DNA from: an uncultured Alphaproteobacteria bacterium
GTDB taxonomy: Bacteria > Pseudomonadota > Alphaproteobacteria > Rs-D84
Length of the DNA: 64,000 nucleotides
Direction of reading: 5' to 3'
Assembly: GCA_944389525.1 (NCBI GenBank)
Contig: CALXMR010000001.1
Span: forward strand, 228,658 to 292,657
Shown here: one piece after another, positions 32,693-42,969 of the stretch
Layout of the letters: each line of letters opens with the position of its first letter
How positions within the stretch are numbered: position 1 is the stretch's first letter
The notes under the pieces: generated by a model
What the model saw: only the letters and a program-made list of their open reading frames with translations
Database searches by the model: none
Told to the model about the DNA's origin: nothing
Program-made: the position numbers and the translations under genes

Positions 32693-32986
32693 ATGAAAAA
32701 GATATTTTGTGGCGCGGTATTATGCGCAGCATTGGTGGCATGTGACAGCGGTGATTCCGCAATCACATGTGGTGGGTACGAAGTGACAATGAATATGTCA
32801 TCAGACGGCGAAACATTAAACGCGGTAATCAATGGCGATGCGATGACATTGACACACGCGATTTCGGCATCTGGGGCGCGTTATGTTGGCGAATTAAATG
32901 ATACGATTGTTACATTGTGGAACCAGGGTCACAATTGGACAATGTTTTTAAATGACGATGCGCCGATTGAATGCACCGTTAAATAG
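32693..32986 (+). CDS. MliC-like lipoprotein (membrane-bound lysozyme-inhibitor family)
   Basis: 97 aa. Lipobox LVACDSG, conserved Cys pair, SASGARY motif. Confidence 0.5.
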   Translation: MKKIFCGAVLCAALVACDSGDSAITCGGYEVTMNMSSDGETLNAVINGDAMTLTHAISASGARYVGELNDTIVTLWNQGHNWTMFLNDDAPIECTVK

Positions 32987-33041
32987 TTTTGTCATTACAT
33001 AATTTATGTGATAGAATGTTCAGCATAAGAAGGAGATTTTT

Positions 33042-34130
33042 ATGCTGACATCTTTTTTTCTGGCACATGGTGCAACATTTTTTGCCAGTGGCTGGACCCA
33101 GTTTGCGGCGGCGTTTGGACTGGCGTTTTTGATAATGTTGATATTCGGCCGGCCGTTTATAAATGCGATGCATCGCTGGCAAAAACGCGGTCAACCAATC
33201 AGTGAAAATGTGCCTGATGCCCATCGGGCAAAGGCAGGCACCCCAACAATGGGCGGGTTGTTGATTATTGCGGCAATTATAATCCCCAGTATTTTGTTTA
33301 TGCCACCGTCAAATCCAACAGGGTGGATTGCGCTGTTGTCGCTGGCGATGTTTGGTGCAATTGGTTTTGCAGACGATTATAAAAAGGTCACATCTCAATC
33401 GAAAAAGGCGTCTAATGGTTTGTCACCGTCCATGCGCCTAGGTATCGAAGCACTGTGTGTTATTATCTTGGCGTATTTGATTAACAGAACAATTCCGCTG
33501 TATATCCCGGAATTATCGTTGGCGTTGCCATTTGGTATAATTTTGCCACTGGGTATATTTTATTATTTGTTTGCATATTTTGTTATCGCGGGCAGTGCCA
33601 ACGCCACAAATATTACAGACGGTTTGGATGGTATGTTGGCGAAATTATATATGCCAGTTTTGGTGGTATTGGTTGTTGCGCTGTATGGGGCAACGCGTAT
33701 TGGTTTTATGGATACGGTTATGTTCTTGCCCGATGCCAGTGGTTTGTACGCAGTACTGGGGGCGGCGTTTGGCGCGGTGCTGGGGTTCTTGTGGTTTAAT
33801 GCGCGGCCGGCATCTATATTTATGGGCGATGTTGGTTCGTTGGCATTGGGCGGATTTATGGGTACGGTTGCGATGCTGTTAAAATCAGAAATTATAATGG
33901 CGATTGCGGCCGGCATGATGGTATTGATATTGCTGTCTTCGTTTATTCAGACAATGTATTTCAAGATAACGCGCATAGCAACAGGCACCGGACGGCGTGT
34001 ATTCTTGCGTGCGCCATTGCACCATCATTTCGAAGAATTGGGGTGGGCCGAAACAAAAATTGTCGACAGGTTCTTTGTCATGTCTATATTATTTTCGGGC
34101 CTGGCATTGGTACTATTAAAATTCGCATAA
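33042..34130 (+). CDS. mraY: Phospho-N-acetylmuramoyl-pentapeptide transferase
   Basis: 362 aa, about ten TM helices. Motifs KAGTPTMGG, NATNITDGLDG, ASIFMGDVGSLALGG. Confidence 0.92.
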   Translation: MLTSFFLAHGATFFASGWTQFAAAFGLAFLIMLIFGRPFINAMHRWQKRGQPISENVPDAHRAKAGTPTMGGLLIIAAIIIPSILFMPPSNPTGWIALLSLAMFGAIGFADDYKKVTSQSKKASNGLSPSMRLGIEALCVIILAYLINRTIPLYIPELSLALPFGIILPLGIFYYLFAYFVIAGSANATNITDGLDGMLAKLYMPVLVVLVVALYGATRIGFMDTVMFLPDASGLYAVLGAAFGAVLGFLWFNARPASIFMGDVGSLALGGFMGTVAMLLKSEIIMAIAAGMMVLILLSSFIQTMYFKITRIATGTGRRVFLRAPLHHHFEELGWAETKIVDRFFVMSILFSGLALVLLKFA

Positions 34131-34217
34131 TAACCAGCCCCAGAAAACTGGGGCATTTTTATAAAATTTCATCGGGGTGTATATTTTCTTAAAAAAGATG
34201 GTATAATACACTATAAG

Positions 34218-35363
34218 ATGTTTAGACGAACCGAAGAAAGTAAACTGACCAGTTGGTATTTTGAAATCGACCGCAAATTGTTGTGGTTGGTGTTGTTGCT
34301 GGTGTTTGCCGGGGCCCAGTTTATGATATCGGCCGGGCATGCCGCGGCGGGTCGTATCGGTGAACCGTGGTATTTTTTTATATTAAAGGCATTACCGTTT
34401 TACTTTATTGGTTTGGCAACCATGTTCGCGGCCAGCATGTTGGACAAGAAATGGGTGTTGCGTATATCATGGCTGAATGTGGCGGTGTGTTTAGTATTAC
34501 TGTTGATGACAGTTGTTGCACCGTATTATATCAAGGGCTCGGCGCGGTTTGTTCATCTGGTGGGGCTGAACATGAACATTATGCCATCGGATATAATGAA
34601 GCCGGGCTTTATTATGTTGACGGCGTGGTTCTTGGCCAAGATGCGCGATGCATACGGCGATAATATTTTCTTTAATCGTGATGCGTGGCGTATGAAGTGG
34701 CTTAGTTGGTGGCCGTATTTGGCGGTGTTTGTGCCGGCGTTTTATATAATTTTCAGTCATCCCGACCTGGGGACGGCGATTTTATATTTTGCGGTTTTAT
34801 GTGCCATGATATTTATGGCTGGATTACCGTGGGTGGTGGTCCCGGTATTGGGCGGTGTGGTTGGTTTGGTGTTGGTGTTGGCATTTTTTACTATGTCGCA
34901 TGTGCACAATCGTATCATGGCGTTTTTTACCGGCAGCGGTGACACATACCAGGTCAGAAAATCCATAGAATCAATTCAACATGGTGGCCTGCTGGGCAGC
35001 GGGGATGAAGCATTTGTAAAACAATCACTGCCGGATTCACATACAGACTTTATATTCGCCGCCATTGCCGAAGATTGGGGTGCAATTGTTGCGTGTGCGT
35101 TGTTGTTTGTTATATTCAGTGTATTGCGGCGTCTGATAATTGATGCCGTATCTGCCCGGGACAGATTTGTGATGTATGCAACTGGTGGCGCGGCGGCGCT
35201 GTTCGGAACCCAGGTTTGTATTAATCTGATGTCAACATTGCATTTGTTCGCGCCAAAGGGTATGACACTGCCGTTCATTTCATACGGGGGCAGTTCGTTT
35301 GTCGGTTTCTGTCTGCTGTTTGGAATGGTTCTGGCGATTGTGCGCGAAGACAAATGGAAATAG
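34218..35363 (+). CDS. ftsW: Peptidoglycan glycosyltransferase FtsW (SEDS family)
   Basis: 381 aa, about ten TM helices. PDSHTDFIFAAIAEDWG, LPFISYGGSS. Confidence 0.88.
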   Translation: MFRRTEESKLTSWYFEIDRKLLWLVLLLVFAGAQFMISAGHAAAGRIGEPWYFFILKALPFYFIGLATMFAASMLDKKWVLRISWLNVAVCLVLLLMTVVAPYYIKGSARFVHLVGLNMNIMPSDIMKPGFIMLTAWFLAKMRDAYGDNIFFNRDAWRMKWLSWWPYLAVFVPAFYIIFSHPDLGTAILYFAVLCAMIFMAGLPWVVVPVLGGVVGLVLVLAFFTMSHVHNRIMAFFTGSGDTYQVRKSIESIQHGGLLGSGDEAFVKQSLPDSHTDFIFAAIAEDWGAIVACALLFVIFSVLRRLIIDAVSARDRFVMYATGGAAALFGTQVCINLMSTLHLFAPKGMTLPFISYGGSSFVGFCLLFGMVLAIVREDKWK

Positions 35364-35377
35364 CAATGGGGGATAAA

Positions 35378-36427
35378 ATGAAAATATGGATTGCAACAGG
35401 TGGTACCGGTGGACATGTTTTTCCAGCATTAAGTGTTGCGGCGGAATTGGTCGCGCGCGGTCATCGTGTAATAATATCGCGTGATGGGCGTGTAAAACAG
35501 ATGGTTGCAGATGGTGCGCCACATGGTGCGCGAATTGCACGCGTGTGGGCATCGGGTGTTGGCGCAAAAAGTCGTATGCACCAGGTTGCTGCACTGGCTA
35601 AAATTGCGTTTTCTGCCGCATGGCTGACATTGCGTTTTGTGTTTGGGCGGCCTGATAGAATGGTTGCGTTTGGGGGCTATGCGTCTGTGGCGCCAGTGTT
35701 CGCCGCACATGTTTGGAAAATACCAACATATTTGCACGAACAAAACGCGGCAATTGGTCGGGCGAACAAGTTCACAATGCGCTGGGTCCGTACATTGATG
35801 ACCAGTTTTCCAACTGTGGACGGCATGCCAAAAAACACATCTGCTGTGCGTGTGATATACACGGGGCTGCCGGTGCGGCCAGAATTCTTGGCAGCATCTG
35901 GTGCGCCACTGCCGAATGCGTCAAAGTTATTGGTCACGGGTGGATCGCTGGGTGCACAAATTCTGGACGATGTTGTGCCGGCGGCAATATTGCAAATGAA
36001 AAACAAAAAGATATTTGTAACACATCAAACGCGACCAGAAAATGTTGCGCGCCTGCAACGGTTTTATGCGGCGAATAAAATTCGTGCCAATGTATTATCG
36101 TTTGTGCACGATATGGCGGGCGCGATTGTTGATTCCGATTTAATCATTGGACGCAGCGGGGCCAGCACGGTAATCGAACTGGAAACAATCGGTCGGCCGG
36201 CAATATTGGTGCCGCTGAATATCAACCCAGACCAGGCGGCCAACGCGGCCAGTTTTGCGCGTCTGGGGGGTGGGCTTGCCGTGCCCCAGGAAAAATTCAC
36301 CCCGCGTTGGTTGGCGGCAACATTGGATGACTTGTTTGATAACCCAGTGCGACTGGCCAAGATGGCAAAAAAGTCACTGGTTGAAAATAATGCGGTAAAA
36401 ATAATCGCAGATGAAGTAACAAAATAA
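35378..36427 (+). CDS. murG: UDP-GlcNAc:undecaprenyl-PP-MurNAc-pentapeptide GlcNAc transferase
   Basis: MKIWIATGGTGGHVFPALSVAAEL... The start could instead be the ATG at 35354. Confidence 0.88.
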   Translation: MKIWIATGGTGGHVFPALSVAAELVARGHRVIISRDGRVKQMVADGAPHGARIARVWASGVGAKSRMHQVAALAKIAFSAAWLTLRFVFGRPDRMVAFGGYASVAPVFAAHVWKIPTYLHEQNAAIGRANKFTMRWVRTLMTSFPTVDGMPKNTSAVRVIYTGLPVRPEFLAASGAPLPNASKLLVTGGSLGAQILDDVVPAAILQMKNKKIFVTHQTRPENVARLQRFYAANKIRANVLSFVHDMAGAIVDSDLIIGRSGASTVIELETIGRPAILVPLNINPDQAANAASFARLGGGLAVPQEKFTPRWLAATLDDLFDNPVRLAKMAKKSLVENNAVKIIADEVTK

Positions 36428-36501
36428 TATTTGATGCATTTTTCCGCTTGCGTGCGATTCGTCATTTGTTCTATGATGAATAACAGGAAGGAAAGGAATT
36501 C

Positions 36502-37860
36502 ATGCGTCTGGTTACAATATCTGTATTATCAGTGTTTGTTGCGTTGCCGGCACTGGCGGATGTGCGTTTGCCGGTTGTGAATTTGGCGTCTGGGGGTGTG
36601 TCTGCCCGTGCGGCGTTTGGCGAACCAATTGTTAAATCGACCCCGGTGGCAAGGACTGGGGCAGAAAAATCCGTTGCCCTGGCCCAGGAAACAAATAAAA
36701 AAACAGAAGTTGCAAAACCGGAATCAGAACCTGTTTCGGCGCGCACCACATACATTGACCGTGGCGAACAGATTGTCGCATCCGCAGATATATTGGCTCC
36801 ACGCCGCCCCAGTTCGGATTTATGGGCGCATGCCGGTACATCTGCCGTTGATATGCCGTTGCGTTTGCCAAACCCATCTGAATTTTCTGTAATCCGGTCG
36901 GACGCGATGTTACCCGAAGAAAGTTTAAATGACACCCCGGTGCGTACGGCGGTGGCATCGGCACCGGCACATGATGTTATGCCCAGTGCGGCACCGTTAT
37001 CAGAATTGGGTGCGCAAATCGCGCGACTGAATGAATTGCAACAGCGGGCAGACGCCAGCGTGTCTGACAATGCGCGTGTGGCAACGGCCGCACCACGCAG
37101 TGTTGTCCCGCGACCAACGGTTGCGCGCCCCGCTGCATCGCATACAGAATCTGGGGCCCAGACAACAAAAATTGCATCTGTTCGCCAAAATAATGCATAT
37201 GACACAGATGTGAATTTATCGCGTATGGTTGTCCCGATGGATGATGATGTGATTGTTCGTGCGGTTGAAAAATCTGAATCGCCGCGTATCGCATCGGTTC
37301 GTAATGACATGACAGGGATGAGCCCCAGCGAACTGCGCCGTGCGTTCAGAAAAACATTCTTGTCAGAAAACAAGCATCTCTCGACATTCCAGATTGACGA
37401 CCGTTTCGATGTGGCCAGCGATATGACCGAAAATGCGGCCGGTTTTACATCTGCGCGTGATTTGTCAGAGACGGGTGATATTCGACCACTGGAAATCAAA
37501 ATTAAATTCCGCAATGATGATTCTGCGCTGTCGCGGGATAACTATACATTGCTGACTGAATATGCCTCGATTATTCTCAGCAATCCGACCCGCGCGGTCC
37601 AGGTTTCTATCCCGCAAAGCGCAACGGTCAACAGTGACGACCGCAAATTGGCGGCCCGCCGTCTGGCCATTGTTGAACAGGTATTGCGCGATAACGGCAT
37701 ATCAGAACAGCGGATATTACCAGTATTATCACAACGTGACGAAGAAGGACTGGTATTGCGTATGATTTCATTGGATCAGTATGAAACGCTGACCAAACAA
37801 CAACGCGATATCTTTGGCGATACGGTCAGTAAAAAAACATACAGAAGTATGTCTTGGTAA
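36502..37860 (+). CDS. OmpA-family (peptidoglycan-associated) protein
   Basis: 452 aa. Signal peptide MRLVTISVLSVFVALPALA, a long Ala/Ser/Pro-rich region, and a C-terminal OmpA-like fold (FRNDDSALSRDNYTLLTEYASIIL...RRLAIVEQVLRDNGI). Confidence 0.55.
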   Translation: MRLVTISVLSVFVALPALADVRLPVVNLASGGVSARAAFGEPIVKSTPVARTGAEKSVALAQETNKKTEVAKPESEPVSARTTYIDRGEQIVASADILAPRRPSSDLWAHAGTSAVDMPLRLPNPSEFSVIRSDAMLPEESLNDTPVRTAVASAPAHDVMPSAAPLSELGAQIARLNELQQRADASVSDNARVATAAPRSVVPRPTVARPAASHTESGAQTTKIASVRQNNAYDTDVNLSRMVVPMDDDVIVRAVEKSESPRIASVRNDMTGMSPSELRRAFRKTFLSENKHLSTFQIDDRFDVASDMTENAAGFTSARDLSETGDIRPLEIKIKFRNDDSALSRDNYTLLTEYASIILSNPTRAVQVSIPQSATVNSDDRKLAARRLAIVEQVLRDNGISEQRILPVLSQRDEEGLVLRMISLDQYETLTKQQRDIFGDTVSKKTYRSMSW

Positions 37861-38612
37861 TGTATGTGGTGCGTAATTTTCCGCGAATCTTCGGTTCCAT
37901 TGCACAGCATTCTGTTGAATTCTTGTTTCCATCATCGTGTCCGCTGTGCGGTGCGCGTGTATCAACGCATGGCGAGTTATGTGCAGATTGCTGGACGGCG
38001 TTTAATTGGATTGGTAATCCAAAATGTTGTCGGTGTGGTTATCCGTTCCCGGCGAATCTGGATCTGGGGCCTGCGCCGATTTGTCCACGGTGTGCCGCCG
38101 GCGAATGTGTGTTGGATTTAATTCGTGCGGCATGTACATATGATGACGCTGCGCGTGATGCGGTGTTGCCGTTTAAACATGCCGGCCGCGTGATAAATGC
38201 AAATTTTATGTCGCGTGCAATGATGTGGGCACTGCGTGATATAAACATTTCACCTGATATTGTTATGCCTGTTCCATTGGCGTGGCGCCGGTTATTTCAT
38301 CGCGGCTATAACCAGGCTACATTGTTGGCGCGGCCGATTGCACATGCATTTGGTGTACCGATGGATTTGACCAGTGTACATCGTAAATATCGTCCAAACA
38401 TGGGACACAAGAACGCCACGCAACGCGCAGAAAACATTCATGGTGTTTTTGATGTGATAAATCCAGATAAAATTCGTGGTCGGAAAATTTTATTGGTTGA
38501 TGATGTTATGACAACTGGGGCGACATTTTCAGAATTGCATCGTGTATTAACGAACGCAGGCGCATCGGCGGTATACGGTGTTGTATTTTGTCGCGTTGTT
38601 CGCGCACTGTGA
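37854..38612 (+). CDS. comF: ComF-family phosphoribosyltransferase (competence protein F)
   Basis: N-terminal 4-Cys zinc finger (CPLCG...CADCW...CCRCG..CPRC); PRTase motif LLVDDVMTTGATF. Confidence 0.8.
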   Translation: MVMYVVRNFPRIFGSIAQHSVEFLFPSSCPLCGARVSTHGELCADCWTAFNWIGNPKCCRCGYPFPANLDLGPAPICPRCAAGECVLDLIRAACTYDDAARDAVLPFKHAGRVINANFMSRAMMWALRDINISPDIVMPVPLAWRRLFHRGYNQATLLARPIAHAFGVPMDLTSVHRKYRPNMGHKNATQRAENIHGVFDVINPDKIRGRKILLVDDVMTTGATFSELHRVLTNAGASAVYGVVFCRVVRAL

Positions 38613-38617
38613 TAAAA

Positions 38618-39076
38618 TCAGTGCATAATCGCATTTTGTTCATTTATCAGGGTTTTCAGCATATGCATCCGCTGGCCCATCATTTCTTGGGCGACAACCT
38701 TTTTAGAACACATTTTCAATAACACTTCCATTTGTCGTGCGGCCTTGATATCGAATGCCATATTGTTGGATGGTTGTGTTTGTAATCCTTTGGCCTTTGT
38801 ATGCGGAAAACGATTCAGCACAGAACACACCATAATCCCGTCAACAAACAGTGTATATTTTGCATATATATCTTTGCCATCCGTGTGTGAATATTCACTG
38901 GTCAACACGAACGAGGTCACAGCGCCGTCTGGATCAACATATGAAAAAGAATACATCGTACTCAGTGGTGTATTTATCACCGATATATAACTGATGGGAA
39001 TTATAAAGTTTAAAAGTTTATACAGTTCATTTAGCATCGTTGACAACAATAGTAGTTCTTTAATTGATTTTGTCAA
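38618..39076 (-). CDS. Hypothetical protein
   Basis: 152-aa ORF convergent with comF. No motifs; the start is uncertain. Confidence 0.3.
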   Translation of the reverse strand: MTKSIKELLLLSTMLNELYKLLNFIIPISYISVINTPLSTMYSFSYVDPDGAVTSFVLTSEYSHTDGKDIYAKYTLFVDGIMVCSVLNRFPHTKAKGLQTQPSNNMAFDIKAARQMEVLLKMCSKKVVAQEMMGQRMHMLKTLINEQNAIMH

Positions 39077-39165
39077 TAGTTATTTATGCAACGGACATTA
39101 TCATTGCTTGAATTTTGTTTTTTATCTGCTAGGATTCACAGGGTGTTAATTTACAGGATAAAGCG

Positions 39166-41577
39166 ATGAAAACAGAATTGGGCAAAAACATAAATACGCG
39201 TGAAATGGAATCCAGAATCCAGGAATTTTGGGATTCTAATAACTTTTGGACGAATGATGTTAAATCTGACAAAACACCATTTTGCGTAATGATGCCACCA
39301 CCGAATGTGACGGGTAATTTGCACATGGGGCATGCGTTGGATAATGTTTTGACGGACATTATTTGTCGGTATAAACGCATGTGTGGCTATGATGTTCTGT
39401 GGCAGCCGGGAACCGACCACGCGTCCATTGCCACCCAATTGCTGGTGGAACGCGATTTGTCGAAACGCGGCATTAATCCGCGTTCTTTGTCCAAAGAAGA
39501 ATTATTAAAAACCGCCTGGGCGTGGAAGGCAGACAAGGGTGGTCAAATTATAAATCAATTGCATATATTGGGTGTGACCCCGGTGTGGCATCGCGAACGC
39601 TTTACAATGGATGACGGTCTGTCACGCGCGGTTGTTAAACTGTTTGTAAAAATGTATAACGATGGTCTGATTTACCGGGCAAAGCGTTTGGTCAATTGGT
39701 GCCCAAAGCAGCAGACATCTGTTTCAGATTTAGAGGTTGAAACCCGTGAAGAAAAGGGTAAGTTTTATTATTTTAACTATCCACTGGTTGGTGGTGGCGC
39801 CATAGAGATTGCGACCACGCGCCCAGAAACATTGTTTGGCGACCAGGCAATTGCGGTGCACCCAGAAAACGAACGGTTAAAACATCTGATTGGGCGGACG
39901 GCAATTATACCATTGACCGATATTGAAATACCAATTATTGCGGACGCCCATGCCGACCCAGACAAGGGTACTGGGGCGGTGAAAATCACCCCGGCGCATG
40001 ACTTTGATGACTGGGAAGTGGGGGTTCGTCACAATCTAAAACCTGTTTGTATTTTAACCCCAGATGCCCGGCTAAACGATAATCCGGTTGTCCCGGAAAA
40101 ATATCGTGGCATGGACAGATTTGCGGCACGCGCGGCAATTGTTGCCGATATTGATGCGGCCGGCCTGTTGGTCAAGGTCGAAGACAAGATGATTCCAACA
40201 CCATATTCTGAACGCGGTGGCGTGGTGGTTGAACCATACTTGACGGACCAGTGGTTTGTTGATGCAGAAAAACTGGCCACGGCGGCGGTGCGCGTTGTTG
40301 AAAACGGCGATATAAAATTTATGCCAGAACACAGATACAATTTATTTATGTCATGGATGAACAATATTCGTCCATGGCCAATTTCGCGCCAGTTGTGGTG
40401 GGGGCATCGGATTCCGGCATGGTATGATGCGGATGGTAACATCTATGTCGCCGAAACCGAAGCGGACGCCATCAAACAATCAGGTGGCAAAGAATTAACC
40501 CGCGATAATGATGTGCTGGACACATGGTTTTCATCTGCGCTGTGGCCATTTTCTACATTGGGTTGGCCTGATGATACACCAGAACTAAAAAAATACTATC
40601 CCACAGATTTGTTGTACACTGGCGTGGATATAATCTTTTTCTGGGTTGCGCGTATGATAATGATGGGCATGTATGTAATGGGCGATGTTCCATTCAGAAC
40701 GGTAAACTTTCATGGTTTGGTCCGCGACAGCAAAGGACAAAAAATGTCCAAGACCAAGGGCAACGGCACAGACCCCCTGACCACGGTCGAGAAGTTTGGT
40801 GCCGACGCATTGCGCTATTGGGTGGCAACTGCGCCAATTGGTACGGATATCAGATACAGTGATGACGAGGTTAAACGCGGTTCCAAATTATTGACCAAGT
40901 TATGGAATGCGGCGAAATATGTTCTGATGAATTTGAACGATTTTGAACCAGATACGGCTGCGCCTGTTGCAATTGAAAATCGTTTTATCGAAGACAGATG
41001 GGTACTGGCGGAATTGAATCGGACAATTGCGGATGTGCGCCGTTATCTGGATAAATACGATAATTACAATTCACGCAGTGCGATTGACACATTCTTTTAT
41101 GAAATCTTTTGCGACCAGTACCTGGAATTTATCAAGGACAGATTCTGGTCCCCAGAAAAATACAGTGCGGAATCAAAATTATCAGCACAATGGACTTTGT
41201 ATGAAGTATTGCGTGCGATAATCGGCATGTACGCACCGTTTATACCATTCCAAACCGAAGAACTGTGGCAAAAAATATATCAACCATACGAAGGTGGTCA
41301 AACACTGCATTTAACGGCGTATCCATCAGTTGATGCGGCGTGTGATACAGACACATCAGAAATGCAAATCGCATTGGATATATTAAAGACTGTACGCGGT
41401 TTACGCACAGAACGCAAGATTGGCAATGGTGCGAAACTGGCGACATTGACTGTTCCATCTGCGACACCGGCATCGTTGCATGGTGTGATAAAGTCTGCAT
41501 CGCGTGCGAATGAAATCGTTCTGGGCGATACGGTTGATTTTGTTGTCGCAGAAAATCCGGTAAAACAGGGTGAATAA
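39166..41577 (+). CDS. valS: Valine--tRNA ligase
   Basis: PPPNVTGNLHMGHA (HIGH), KMSKTKGN (KMSKS), 803 aa. Confidence 0.92.
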   Translation: MKTELGKNINTREMESRIQEFWDSNNFWTNDVKSDKTPFCVMMPPPNVTGNLHMGHALDNVLTDIICRYKRMCGYDVLWQPGTDHASIATQLLVERDLSKRGINPRSLSKEELLKTAWAWKADKGGQIINQLHILGVTPVWHRERFTMDDGLSRAVVKLFVKMYNDGLIYRAKRLVNWCPKQQTSVSDLEVETREEKGKFYYFNYPLVGGGAIEIATTRPETLFGDQAIAVHPENERLKHLIGRTAIIPLTDIEIPIIADAHADPDKGTGAVKITPAHDFDDWEVGVRHNLKPVCILTPDARLNDNPVVPEKYRGMDRFAARAAIVADIDAAGLLVKVEDKMIPTPYSERGGVVVEPYLTDQWFVDAEKLATAAVRVVENGDIKFMPEHRYNLFMSWMNNIRPWPISRQLWWGHRIPAWYDADGNIYVAETEADAIKQSGGKELTRDNDVLDTWFSSALWPFSTLGWPDDTPELKKYYPTDLLYTGVDIIFFWVARMIMMGMYVMGDVPFRTVNFHGLVRDSKGQKMSKTKGNGTDPLTTVEKFGADALRYWVATAPIGTDIRYSDDEVKRGSKLLTKLWNAAKYVLMNLNDFEPDTAAPVAIENRFIEDRWVLAELNRTIADVRRYLDKYDNYNSRSAIDTFFYEIFCDQYLEFIKDRFWSPEKYSAESKLSAQWTLYEVLRAIIGMYAPFIPFQTEELWQKIYQPYEGGQTLHLTAYPSVDAACDTDTSEMQIALDILKTVRGLRTERKIGNGAKLATLTVPSATPASLHGVIKSASRANEIVLGDTVDFVVAENPVKQGE

Positions 41578-42306
41578 ATGACAGAAAAATTGATTGAACA
41601 GCGCGTATTACAGGCGTATCAGTGCGACAGATATGGTTATGTGCGCCCATTGATATTGATGAATGAATTACAGGGCGTTGCCGACACACATGCCGAAGTT
41701 TTGGGGTGTGGGCGTACATACCTGTTGGCACATAATATGGCATGGGTGGTGACGCACTATCTGGTCGATATTATCGAAGACCCACGCGAAGGCGAAGAAT
41801 TATCGTTCATCACATGGCCGTCGGCGCACGATACATTGCGTGCGACCCGTGATTTCCAGGTTCGTGGTGCAGATGGGCGACTGTTGGTGCGCGCAACATC
41901 ACAGTGGGTTTTAATTGATATGGCGCGCCGCCGTCCGTTGGTGTTGGATGAAAATTTGCCATATTGGTCAATAATTCCTGAACGCGCGTGGGATGCCAAG
42001 TTTGTAAAGTTCCCAGACTTTAAACCGGCCAAGACGCATGTTATGAAATGCCGTTTTGATGATATCGATGTTAACCAGCATATAAACAATGCCGTCTATG
42101 CCGTGTGGGCAACGGAAAGTGTCGGATATTTGTATCGTAACCAGCACAAATTAAAGCGTATTGAATTGAATTTCAAAAAAGAAATCAGTCCAGATACCCC
42201 CCAGATAGAGGTTGATGTTGCAATAGATGGTCTGACCAGTCGCCACAAAATTCGTACAGGTGATACGGAACACGCATCTGTTATTTGCACCTGGGCAGAA
42301 TTGTGA
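41578..42306 (+). CDS. Acyl-ACP thioesterase-family protein
   Basis: 242 aa, a double hot-dog fold (DINQHINNAVY...). Its ATG abuts the valS stop. Confidence 0.65.
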   Translation: MTEKLIEQRVLQAYQCDRYGYVRPLILMNELQGVADTHAEVLGCGRTYLLAHNMAWVVTHYLVDIIEDPREGEELSFITWPSAHDTLRATRDFQVRGADGRLLVRATSQWVLIDMARRRPLVLDENLPYWSIIPERAWDAKFVKFPDFKPAKTHVMKCRFDDIDVNQHINNAVYAVWATESVGYLYRNQHKLKRIELNFKKEISPDTPQIEVDVAIDGLTSRHKIRTGDTEHASVICTWAEL

Positions 42307-42329
42307 TATCTTTCCCCACACCCCACCCA

Positions 42330-42625
42330 GTTTCCCTCTATGGATATGGTGCCGCGCAGCGGCGGGGTGGTCAGAGAAGCCAAGACAGTGCCACATCTTT
42401 GTCATTGCGAGCGTAACGTGGCAATCTCTTTTTTGTTGTTGTGTCGCTCGGGCGCTTATGCGCCCTGTGCGTATCCTCGTATTTGTTCAAACTGCGCTAG
42501 CGCTTGTTTTTACATACTCGGATTCATTGCGAGCCATCGCAGATGGCGTGGCAATCCAGTAAATAAAACTTGTCGCGTAGCGACACAATATTTGAACTTT
42601 TCGCTTTGAACTTTGCACTTTGAAA
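42330..42625. repeat. Composite intergenic repeat cluster, site 4
   Basis: tgtcattgcgagcgtaacgtggcaatctc; cattgcgagccatcgcagatggcgtggcaatccagtaaataaaacttgtcgcgtagcgacacaatat (a near-copy of the 16040-16110 module); cgctttgaactttgcactttg; then the terminator acgccccattgggcgtttttt. Confidence 0.65.
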
Positions 42626-42646
42626 AAACGCCCCATTGGGCGTTTT

Positions 42647-42799
42647 TTAATTCACTGCGCTGACCGCCAATCTTTTACGACCAGCAGCACGGCGGCGGTT
42701 CAACACCGCACGACCGGATTTTGTTGCCATCTTTGCACGAAAACCGTGTGTGCGCACGCGGCGCGTTTTTGATGGTTGATATGTTCTTTTTGTTGCCAT
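42647..42799 (-). CDS. rpmH: 50S ribosomal protein L34
   Basis: Hand translation [50 protein letters not shown], 50 aa. It is shorter than 60 aa and so absent from the ORF track. Confidence 0.85.
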   Translation of the reverse strand: MATKRTYQPSKTRRVRTHGFRAKMATKSGRAVLNRRRAAGRKRLAVSAVN

Positions 42800-42969
42800 A
42801 ACTAAATCCTTTTGCGCGTATATTTAACCACAGGTTTTTGCAAAACGCAACCTTTTTATTTAGATTTTACCAGCCCCAGTTTTTTCAATCCTTCCAGTGT
42901 CAGGTAATATACAAAAAGTGCCACAAATAATCGCCACAGTGGTAAAAACATTTATCAGTCCCCATTAAC

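Noticed and set aside
33563-33916. 117-aa minus-strand ORF and 103-aa plus-strand ORF within mraY
   Set aside because: They are internal to or antisense to mraY, a conserved gene with full-length motif coverage.
36471-37514. 347-aa minus-strand ORF
   Set aside because: It is antisense to the OmpA-family gene, which has a signal peptide and an OmpA-like C-terminus. The low-complexity Ala/Ser/Arg region keeps the reverse frame open.
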